Assembly (NCBI RefSeq): GCF_018977255.1
Contig: NW_024704743.1
Location: forward strand, 21,578,001 to 21,642,000
Reading direction: 5' to 3'
Length of the DNA stretch: 64,000 nucleotides
DNA from: Callorhinchus milii
Taxonomy: Eukaryota
The first letter of the stretch is position 1, and each line of letters starts with the position of its first letter. Below are positions 53,213 to 62,984 of the stretch, piece after piece. The notes under the pieces were generated by a model. That model did no database searches, was not told where the DNA came from, and was given only the letters and a program-made list of their open reading frames with translations. A program made the translations under genes and the position numbers.

Positions 53213-55239
53213 CTGTCCTGTAGAGAATGTGTTTATGTTTGTGTCTAATCCTAAATACTCCAATACACTTCTTAAGCAGTTGCTTATCCAGCTTTTTTTT
53301 TCTGAAAGAATTAACTCAGTATTAACTATTCAGAATTCTTTAATCTCTAGTTCCATTTGATAATCTTAAATCCAAATAACTCAGTCATCTGAGCACCAGA
53401 TTTGGGTTTAAATCCCATTAGTCCACTCAGTGCTGCATCGTTTTGAGGATGAGAACATTAATATTAAGTTAAAACAATAATTCTGCACTTAATTACTATT
53501 TCTTGTTCCAATATTAATTATCATATCCAGAATTAGGTAAGAAGGATGGAGAATAGTGTGTTGCATTCCAGACACAGAGAAGTTTCCATGTGTGGGTGGC
53601 ACACATACATAGAACTTTCAGTCTGATTTGGATACCGTTACTCATGGTGATCAGCTTCCCCTTGTGAGCAGACACTCAGCCGACTTAAAAAAATGCATGT
53701 GGGTACATTAAAATCCATCTGCTAAACCTTGGCCCATCTGCTGATTTGGTCCAAATCTTCTTGGGTGCTATTTGTCCTTCTTGTGTTATTCACTCCTGGA
53801 AAAAAGGTAAACATTGTTTGTGTTGAAGGTGTTATATTTTAAGATAAAATACAATTGCTTTTGGTTTCAAGAGTTAATTGCTCATCTCTACCCCATTATA
53901 CCACTCATGCACTGAGCACAGTTTATACATAGAAGGGGGATTTTGAAATCAGAAAGAGTCCATCTGTACATATACCTTCCTTTCCATCGGTCACCTCGCT
54001 GCCACATAATGGTCCAAGGACTCTGTGGGGCAGTGACAGAATATTCAGCCAATTAACTAAACAATCCACAAAGCATTTAGGTATTTCAGAAAGCTGCTTT
54101 CAAGGCAACATTAAGCACAATTATTTCCCAGGTATTTTATTTAAACAACCAAATTCAGTTAACCAAATTCTGCTGTAATTCATCACTGCAATCTCGATCA
54201 ATATAGATTACTATGGTATTACATTAATAAACTACCACAAGGGACAATGGAGCAACCTAGCAAAGATGTAGCAAATAATATCAGCAGTGTCCAGCACTAT
54301 TATTTATAATTAGGTTCCAGTTACTGAGAATTCACAGAAGCAGTTTATATTGGCTAGTTCTAGACTGTACTATCACTCCCAGGAGTAGGGAATGTAAAAC
54401 ACATCTTGTATATGCCTGGATAACCCATTACAATTTGCTAAAGCTAAAGCTTTAGGAACTTTAAAGTGCAAATTCCTTCTCATTGGTAATTAATTACATA
54501 ATGAAGGGACTTATATGACATTTGAACATGGTTAGCCCATGAGTTATTTAGTCTAATCCACGTTTTAGAACTTGGGTGTGTGTCACACTGCTTTGAGACC
54601 TCCTCCCAACGTGAAAGGTGCCATATATAAATGTGAATTGTATTGTGTAGGGCAATCCAGTTATAATGTGGTGCTCTGGGTGCGTAATTCAGACCCCGCT
54701 TTATAAAGGGACTTGATAAAAAAAATGGTCTGGGTTGTCAGGTCACCGCTGGTATCACAATCTGCACGTTGTGTACACGAGCACATTTATCTGCACAGCA
54801 TGATTGCAAAGTGCACAGAAGGTGACATCAGTGCTGCTTCCCGTGTACAGTGTGCATAAGTCTTGCGCAGGAAGTGATGCCTTCTGTGTACAGTGCACAA
54901 TGCTCAAGAAGTGATGTCAGCAGTGACCTGAATACCTAATTTTAATTTAATTTTAACTTTAGTGCAGGAAGTCAGCCAGTCAGGCCGGAAGCTGGGTGTA
55001 TTGCACTCCCAGTATTGTGCCAAAACACCCACGTGATAAGCTTGACATGTACAGGGTTGTCATGTATTTTGAGGCCATTAAGCTCAGCTTGTTGTGATAC
55101 AGTTGTCCACACAGAAGTTGATGCAGAATCTACATTAGCTTTTAGGAGGGAACCAGAATCTTTTTTGGTCAGCTGGGTGTCTGAGACACGTGGAAACCTA
55201 TCATGATGCTTAAGAATATCCAAACCAGACCAAACCAGG

Positions 55240-56345
55240 CGGGGTGTGTGGGGGTGTGGTGGTGGGGTGGGGGGGCTGTGTGGTGGTGGGGGGTGTGGTG
55301 GTGGTGTGGGGGGGCTGTGTGGTGGTGGGGGGTGTGGTGGTGGGGGTGGGGGGTGTGGTGGTGGGGGTGGGGAGTGTGTGGTGGTGGGGGCGTGTGGTGG
55401 TGGGTGTGGTTGTGGTGGTGGGGGCGTGTGTGTGGGGGGTGTGTGTGGGGTGTGTGGTGGTGGGGGCGTGTGTGTGGGGGGGGTGTGTGGGGGGGGGTGT
55501 GGTGGTTGGGGTGTGTGTGGTTGGGGTGGGGAGTGTGTGGTGGTGGGGGCGTGTGGGGGTGGGGGTGTGGTGGTGGGTGTGGTTGTGTTGGTGGGGGTGT
55601 GTGGGGGGGGGTGTTGGTGGTGTGTGAGGGGGGGGTGTGGGTGGTGGTTGTTGGTGGTGTGTGAGGGGGGTGTGTGGGGGTGTTGGTGGTGTGTGAGGGG
55701 GGGTGTGGGGGGGGGTGTTGGTGGTGTGTGTGAGGGGTGTGTGTGGGGGGTGTTGGTGGTGTGTGTGGGGGGGGGTTGTTGGTGGTGTGTGAGGGGGGTG
55801 TGTGGGGGGTGTTGGTGGTGTGTGAGGGGGGTGTGTGGGGGGTGTTGGTGGGGGGGGGGTGTGGGGGGTGTTGGTGGTGTGTGAGGGGGGTGTGTGGGGG
55901 GTGTTGGTGGTGTGTGTGTGGGGGGGGTGTTGGTGGTGTGTGAGGGGGGGTGTGGGGGGGGGGTGTTGGTGGTGTGTGTGAGGGGTGTGTGTGGGGGGTG
56001 TTGGTGGTGTGTGAGGGGGTGGTGTGGGGGGGGGTGTTGGTGGTGTGTGAGGGGGGGTGTGGGGGGTGTTGGTGGTGTGTGTGAGGGGTGTGTGTGTGGG
56101 GGGGTGTTGGTGGTGTGTGAGGGGTGTGTGTGGGGGGGGGTGGTTGGGGTGTTGTTGTTGTGTGTGGGGGTGTGTGTGTGGGGGGGTGTTGGTGGTGTGT
56201 GAGGGGGTGTGTGGGGGGGGGGTGGTGGTTGGGGTGTTGTTGTTGTGTGTGGGGGTGTGTGTGTGTGGGGGGGGTGTGGGGGGGGTGGTGCTTGGGGTGT
56301 GAGGGTGGTGTGTGGGGGGTGTTGGTGGTGTGTGGGTGGGAGGTG
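55240..56345. repeat. ~1.1 kb G/T-rich compound minisatellite
   Basis: Recurrent GTTGGTGGTGTGTGAGGGGG(G)TGTGTGGGGG units; almost no C. Confidence 0.95.
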
Positions 56346-57200
56346 TGCATCAGCCGCTGTCACTCCCTGGTGACCGCAGGTCCCGCCCCCACCCCGAGGG
56401 GGCGCTGCCATCAACATAGCACAGAAACAGTGCAGTGCGCAGGCGCGAGTGGCTACGGGAGCCGTGGGGGGGGGGGGGGGAGGGAGGAGGAGCGGCGCGT
56501 GCGACCGGGAGCTGACCGGGGGGGGCGGGGCGGGAGGTGGCGGTTGGCGGTTGGTGACGCGCTGCGCTCCGAGTCGGACGGTTGTGCGGGTTTTCCAGCG
56601 CCACCTCAGGCGCTCACAGCGTCTCCGGTGCAGACCCGGGGGTGGGGGGGGGGGTCAGCGGCCAATGGAGGCATTCAACCAAGGTCCTCCCCACCTCCCC
56701 TCCCCCCCCCTCCCCCCGGGGTGGGGAATGGGTGTGTGTGTGTGTGTGTGGACACGGTGGAGTCCTGTAGCTCAGTGGCCGGAGCGCTCGCCTCGCGAGG
56801 GGCGCGAGAGAGGGAGAGGGAGAGCCTGGGGTTTGATTCCCGGCAGCGGGAAAACATTGTCCGAGTTTCCTCGCTCCACGCCCGCGCCTCACGCCCGCGC
56901 CTCCCTCCCTCCGTCGACCCGGCGGTGAGTAGGAAGGAACCCGGCGCAGAGTCGATCGCCGCATGGCTTTTCCGGGGTAATATCTCCTCCCGGGGTGGGG
57001 GTGGGGGGTGGGGGTGGGGTGGGGGGGCTTCAACCCCCCCCCCCCCCCCCCCCCCGACGAGTGTCTTGTGGGACGCGGCTGAGCCCACACCGGCTGCGGG
57101 GTTTCGCCCACAAGGTGTCCGCTGTGCATATTCCGTGAAGCGCTTTGAGACGTCCCGAAGGACGTGGTAAAGCTCTGTATCAAATGCAAGGATTATTATC
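56345..57200 (+). promoter_or_regulatory. CpG island, probable THNSL1 promoter and first non-coding exon region
   Basis: High CpG; GC box CCCGCCCCC at ~56382-56390; CTCF-like CCCCGAGGGGGCGCT at 56392-56406; NRF1-like TGCGCAGGCGCG at ~56436-56447; about 2 kb upstream of the coding-exon acceptor. Confidence 0.7.
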
Positions 57201-57360
57201 ATTATTATTATTATTATTATTAACGATCCCATGGCACAATGCAAAAAAGAAACGGGAGTTTCTCCCAACGTCCTGGCCAGTACTCCCACCCACAGGTAAT
57301 ATTTACCTTTCATTTCCGTTGGTGAAACATTGCTGTGTGCAAAACCGACGGCTGCAATCG
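56536..57360 (+). mobile_element. GC-shifted old DeuSINE (56536-~56690 and 57225-57360) with nested GC-shifted tRNA-headed SINE (56757-57222)
   Basis: GTGGAGTCCTGTAGCTCAGTGG head and (ATT)n tail are recognisable; flanks match the old SINE head (CTCCGAGTCGGACGGTTGTG vs CTCTGAGTCAGAAGGTTGTG) and body (GATCCCATGGCAC...GGGAGTTTCTCC). Confidence 0.82.
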
Positions 57361-57429
57361 CCTGCAAACGTCTGCAGCTGCAGACAAAGGTTTTCAAAGT
57401 TAAAAACCGAATTAGCTTTGTGCTCTTAT

Positions 57430-57755
57430 CCTTCTACGCCGCCTCCTCTCGCCCCAACCTTCACGGCTCTGCCCTTGGCTGGTTCAGATCGTACCTCTCA
57501 CACCGTCTCCACTTCATCTCCGCGAACGGCTTCTCCTCGACTCCCCGCTCCGTCTCGTGCGGCGTTCCTCTGTCCTCGGTCGCCTCCGCTTCAATATCTA
57601 TAGGCTCTCTCTTGGCGACATCATCCGCAGACATGGGGTCAATTTCCACATGTTTGCGGATGACACCCAACTCTATCTGTGCCTCCACCCTTGACTCCAG
57701 GACCACTGGTGGGCTGACAGGCAGTCCTGGGTGAGAGCTAATTTTCTTCAGCTAA
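57430..57755 (+). mobile_element. L2 RT fragment, CpG-rich
   Basis: HGSALGWFRSYL..ANGFSS; homologous to ~51820-52085. Confidence 0.82.
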
Positions 57756-58081
57756 CTGAGCTCAAATGGAATTTGTGCTCTTTTGGAACAAATTGTGCAC
57801 ACATGGAATTTGAAGCTGTAACCTTTTGATCTGAGTGCTTCAGTATTTCTAGCTTTACATACTCGTTCAAGGGTCTGTCTCCAACTTGTCGATCAGCTCC
57901 AGGTGTCGTGTCAATGAAGACAAGAGGAAGGAGCGATATTTACTGTAATTTAAACAATAAGGTTTATCTATTATTTTCGAGATGCGTGGAATACTTTGTG
58001 CATCCGGCTTCGCGGAGGAAATGTTTGGAGTAAATAACAAGTTCTGTAGCTCCGGTCTCTTGTTTCTTGATCGTGTGCGAG

Positions 58082-58100
58082 ATCGCCACCTAGTGGCGAT
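58082..58100. promoter_or_regulatory. CTCF-like motif within a perfect palindrome
   Basis: ATCGCCAC-CTA-GTGGCGAT; the minus strand reads CCACTAGGTGGCGA. Confidence 0.6.
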
Positions 58101-58259
58101 GGACCGGTTGGGGACCCCCTGCACTTGTTGATCAGGGAAAGATGGATCACATTTCTTTTAAAAGAGTATTGCAAATATTGCACAGAATGGAATGAACCAG
58201 ATGAGAGATTTGATGGAATTCAGGCTCCTTTTGTTTCCGTCCAAACCTCTGTAGCAAAC

Positions 58260-59030
58260 TCTCACCTGTGAGTTAGAAGGCTGTGGGGTCAATCCCCATG
58301 TCGGGACTTAATAATAATAATCCTTGCATTTGATATAGCGCCTTATCATGTCTTCGAGATGTCTCAAACGGCTTCACAGAATATGCTGTAAAGTGAATTG
58401 ACTGTATATTTTGTGGGTGAATCGCGGCAGTCAATGGTGCAACGCAGTGCCCCACGAACAGTCGTGGATTGAAGTGATCAATTTATTATTTATTTTTTGA
58501 AGGAATTATTACCTCTGGAGAAAGGACCTGCCAATCCACTGACAATCGGATTCCTACTTACTGCTAGGAAAACAGAGGCGTGTGGAGTAAGGAAACTTGC
58601 CCAACATTTCGTCCTGCCGGGGATCGAACCCAGGTCTCTCGCTTGCAAGTGAGTGCTCTAACCACTGAGCTGCATGACTTAGAACCCATAGAGTCTTTGC
58701 TGACACATCAATGCAGTACACTGCATTGTTGGACATGTGGTCCTACAGATAAACTGAGGTCTTATTTGCCTATCCAAGTGGATGTTAAAGATCCCATGCA
58801 CTTTTCAAATAGAGAAGGGAGTTTATCCTAATGTTCTGGCCAACAGTCCCCTACTCCCCACAAAAATTTTAAAAAAGTAATTCACTCCATGTTTTTGGGA
58901 CATTGCTGAGTGCAAATTGGCTGCCATATTCGTTGACAAAATGCACACAGTCACATCACTTTACAGTGTATCCTGTGAAGTGCTTTGAGATGTTTTGACG
59001 ATACAAGACGCTGATCAATTGCATGGATGA
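58260..59030. mobile_element. Old DeuSINE (+) interrupted by a long-subfamily SINE (-, 58310-58675)
   Basis: The old element continues on both sides; possible GACTTA target duplication. Confidence 0.8.
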
Positions 59031-59215
59031 TAAAGGTGTGTGTTTTCATTTGATGAAAAGTGCAAATTGATAGAACTTATTTTATCTTATTTTCTATGGG
59101 GTAGAATAGATTAAGACTGTCTGAATCGTTGTTGTTATTTTAAACAGCCTTATTCTTCATTTTCTTTCAGTTCATGGCATTTGTCAGCGTCTGACTGCTT
59201 TTTTCAAGAAAGGTC

Positions 59216-61468
59216 ATGATGTCCAGGTCCATTTATGCAGGCGTGAGTCTCCTGGCAATGAAGTTTTTTTATAGATGTATGTCCAAAAAATGTTTGAGTC
59301 CCTGCAACAGGAACTCAGGCTTGCCATTTCTAAAAATATTGTTGATCTCTAGGCGCACAAAACCTCTGTCCACATACAGCTCGCTGGTTGGTGAAAAGAA
59401 CATTGTACTTATGGGTGCTCCTGGTGCAGGGAAGACAACAGTGGGGAGATTTGTTGGTCAGATCACGGGTCTTCCTGTAATAGATGTCGATGATGATGTC
59501 CTTGAAAAGACTTGGCTCATGTCTGTAGCAAAGAAACTTCAAGAGGTTGGCGGTGATCTGTTTCTGGAAGAGGAGGGAAAGGCCCTTCAGAGGTTTTCAA
59601 CATCTGGAAGTGTTCTTAGTCTCACTGGGTCCAATCCCATGCATCGTGCTAGTATGCAGCACATGAAAAGCAATGGAATAGTTGTCTACCTTGACGTGCC
59701 TCTTGAAGACATATTAGAAAGACTCGAACGAATGAAGGTGGATCGCATTGTTGGTCAAGAACCTGGTGTTTCAATGAAAGAGATTCTTCAGTACAGGCGA
59801 CCGTTTTACCACCAGTGGTACGATGTCCGTGTCCTGTGCGAATCTGGTGAATCAGCAGAAGCAATTGCCGTGAAAGTCCTTGAAGCTGTGAAGAGATATC
59901 AAGACATTACACCTGAAACATTTATTTCTACAAGAAGTACAACTGAAGACTCAGAGGCAAGAAAAGACCCCGTTTTCTTTAGTGATGTGGTTGTTGAAGG
60001 CCTGGCTTCAGATGGAGGACTCTACGTGCCTGCAACGAAGCTTCCAAAGCTGACTCCTGGCGAGTGGCAACGGTTGGTTGACGTACCTTACATTGAACGG
60101 GCACAGGTCTTGCTGGAGTTGTGCATCCACCCCAGTGATGTACCTGCTATCAAGTTGCAAGAGATGTTGGCCAGAGCTTACGGACAGAACTTTTCCTGTA
60201 CAGAGGTAGCACCAGTTAGGCATTTAACTGGTAACCAGTTTCTTCTGGAGTTGTTTCATGGGCCCACAGCTTCTTTCAAGGACTTGGCTTTACAGCTGCT
60301 GCCACAATTGTTTGCATTCTGTATCCCACGAACTTGTAATTATCTGATACTAGTAGCTACATCTGGCGATACAGGCAGTGCTGTTCTGGATGGTTTCAGT
60401 CGCCTCAGTGACACTGACAAAGAGAGAATCTCAGTGCTCACATTCTTCCCCGAAGAGGGAATTAGCCAAATTCAAAAGGCACAGATGATTAGCTACCAAG
60501 ATAAAAATGTAGGAGTTATAGGTGTCCAGTCTCATTTTGATTTTTGCCAGTCAGCTTTAAAACAGATATTCTCAAATCCCGACTACACTGGTTTCCTGAC
60601 AGTTGAATATGGGACAGCCCTGAGTGCAGCTAACTCTATAAACTGGGCCCGACTATTGCCGCAGTTGGTCTATCATGCCTCTGCCTACCTTGATCTTATC
60701 AGCCAAGGAATAATTACATTTGGAGACCCAGTAGATGTTTGCATCCCTACAGGAAATTTTGGAAATGTGCTGGCAGCTGTGTATGCCAAACATATGGGGA
60801 TTCCAATCAGAAAATTTATTTGTGCTTCAAATCAAAATAACATTCTAACAGATTTTATAAGGACGGGTAATTATGATTTGAGGCACAGAAGCGTAAGTGT
60901 TTCTTTGTCACCAGCTATAGATATTCTCAAATCCTCCAACCTTGAACGCTACTTGTATCTTATCACACATGGTGACGGGCGGCTGATGAGGGAGTTGTTC
61001 TCCCAGCTGGAAGAACAACACTATTTTCAGGTGGCGAGGCCACTGCTGACGAGAATTCAGGATGACTTTGTGGCAGACTGGTGCTCGGAGGAAGAGTGTC
61101 TCGCTGCTATCTATTCTGTATACAAGTCCTGCGGTTACATTCTAGACACGCACACGGCCGTTGCAAAAGTGGTAGCAGATCGCCAGGATGACAGGTCCTG
61201 CCCAGTTATCATCTCATCAACCGCTCATCCTTCCAAATTCGCAGCCGCTGTGATGCAGGCTTTGAAGGTTGAAGATGTGAAACAAAGCCCAGTTGATCAG
61301 ATCCAGCTCTTGAAGTGTCTCGACTGTTTGCCTCATGTGCACACGGCTTTATTGCAAAGACTTCAACAGGCCCACGTGCAAAAGGGGGAGATCTGTCCAG
61401 CAGATGTTGATGCTGTTATGGATCATGTAGAAAGCTTTATTCAACACAATTTCATCAACGTTCTTTAA
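59216..61468 (+). CDS. THNSL1: Threonine synthase-like 1: basic N-terminal presequence-like region, shikimate-kinase-like P-loop domain, PLP-dependent threonine-synthase domain
   Basis: Uninterrupted 750-aa ORF; GAPGAGKT at 59414-59437; FHGPTASFKD with the PLP lysine (K355, 60278-60280); ATSGDTG, NSINWAR and PTGNFGN motifs; splice acceptor TTTCTTTCAG| at 59170; head-to-head with ENKUR as in other vertebrates. Exact start Met uncertain. Confidence 0.96.
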   Translation: MMSRSIYAGVSLLAMKFFYRCMSKKCLSPCNRNSGLPFLKILLISRRTKPLSTYSSLVGEKNIVLMGAPGAGKTTVGRFVGQITGLPVIDVDDDVLEKTWLMSVAKKLQEVGGDLFLEEEGKALQRFSTSGSVLSLTGSNPMHRASMQHMKSNGIVVYLDVPLEDILERLERMKVDRIVGQEPGVSMKEILQYRRPFYHQWYDVRVLCESGESAEAIAVKVLEAVKRYQDITPETFISTRSTTEDSEARKDPVFFSDVVVEGLASDGGLYVPATKLPKLTPGEWQRLVDVPYIERAQVLLELCIHPSDVPAIKLQEMLARAYGQNFSCTEVAPVRHLTGNQFLLELFHGPTASFKDLALQLLPQLFAFCIPRTCNYLILVATSGDTGSAVLDGFSRLSDTDKERISVLTFFPEEGISQIQKAQMISYQDKNVGVIGVQSHFDFCQSALKQIFSNPDYTGFLTVEYGTALSAANSINWARLLPQLVYHASAYLDLISQGIITFGDPVDVCIPTGNFGNVLAAVYAKHMGIPIRKFICASNQNNILTDFIRTGNYDLRHRSVSVSLSPAIDILKSSNLERYLYLITHGDGRLMRELFSQLEEQHYFQVARPLLTRIQDDFVADWCSEEECLAAIYSVYKSCGYILDTHTAVAKVVADRQDDRSCPVIISSTAHPSKFAAAVMQALKVEDVKQSPVDQIQLLKCLDCLPHVHTALLQRLQQAHVQKGEICPADVDAVMDHVESFIQHNFINVL

Positions 61469-61679
61469 ATCCTATGTAACTGTGATTGATGTGTAAATCC
61501 TCCTGATTATGAGAAAAGATTGAGAGATAACATGGGGGCGGTGGTTAAAGGGTTTGTGGTCCATCTCAAAGAGGCAAATGTACTGGCCATCCCTAACTCT
61601 GCGATTGGATACTGCAGGAGTACCTATATAAACAGAATCTTTGTTTAATATATTTAATGGGTTTCGGTTTTCTTAACAA

Positions 61680-61891
61680 AACGCAAAACACTGTATAGAT
61701 GCAAAAACAGAGGTCGCTGGAAACACCCAGCAGGTCAGGCAGCATCTATGGAGAAAGGAAAGTGAGTCAACGTTTCGGGTCCACGACTCTTCGTCAGAAC
61801 ATGAAGGGCCGTGGATCTGAAACGTTGACTCACTTTCCTTTCTCCATAGATGCTGCCTGACCTGCTGAGTGTTGCCAGCAACTTCCATTTT
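61680..61891. mobile_element. Penelope-type palindromic element in the probable THNSL1 3'UTR
   Basis: Perfect 49-bp inverted repeat, 61728-61776 with 61819-61867, extendable imperfectly to ~85 bp. Confidence 0.8.
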
Positions 61892-62984
61892 CTTAATCTA
61901 ACCAATATTTGTCATGCCCCCACCGCTCAGCCACCTCAGGCCTGCTGATGAATATTGATGGATATTAATTTTTTACTGATTTACACTAATCATAATTACA
62001 ATTATGTTTTTGATGTATTTGAAAAGAATACATTATGGGACATTGTTGTGCGCAAATTGACTGCCACATTTGCATATAAAATTACCATTTCTGCACCTTT
62101 CAGTAAAGCGCTTTGAGATGTCCTCCTGATGTGAAAGGTGCTGCAACAAATACAACAATTATTATTGTAGTCCGTGCAATCTCATTATCCTTTTATGATG
62201 ATACATGTTACATATTTTAAAAGAGTATTGCTTACAAAGCAATGTTAAGGGCTATTATTAGGTGCTAATGTTTGTATTCGAGGGATTCAGAAGATAATCG
62301 CAAATATAATTCATTACTACTTGAACTGTGCGAACTGCTTCATTGTAAACATATACAACATTTACATATACTGTAAAGCGGAGTAAACTGTGTGCTTTTG
62401 TCTGCAAAGTTTGCTCAATACAGAAGTATGGTCCTGCTTACCAAATAAACGAACAGAAATGGACAACGTAATTAGAATCCACCTGGCTTACTGTCAGGCA
62501 CAAATTTAGTGAAGATGGAATTAAATTAAAATTGACTTCTTTCTGGAATGTGTGTCAATAGATAAAGCAATAAAGCACAAGTCATATGGCACAAATACAG
62601 TGTTTAAGGTTGATACTATTACTTATAAATTGCGTTTGGTGAATTCCACCCCCACCCTGTCCACCGGAGTCGTAAATATTTGTGCTGCGTTTGGATCCTG
62701 TCACGTCACTTTGGGTGATGGAGAAAAAAAATGAAATTGATTTGTACAAAGTTCTGCATCTTAAGAAATTTTTTCTGTTTTTCTAATTGTTCATTCTGTT
62801 TGATTTGGGTTTCTAGTGATTGAAAAATTGTGACGCAGAATGTTAAAACAGATGTTACTATCCTATTCAAACATCATGAGAATATTCTGTTGAGAGCATT
62901 TCCAGTGTTTTCTAATCAAACCAATGCAAGCAGCAAACAGCTGTCAAGATAATAATAAGAAAAGCCTTGAACTGGCAGCTTTGA

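Noticed and set aside
54972..57397. Long Pro/His/Thr- or Gly/Val/Cys-rich ORFs (up to 481 aa)
   Set aside because: Products of the G/T array and the GC-shifted SINE; no domain signal.
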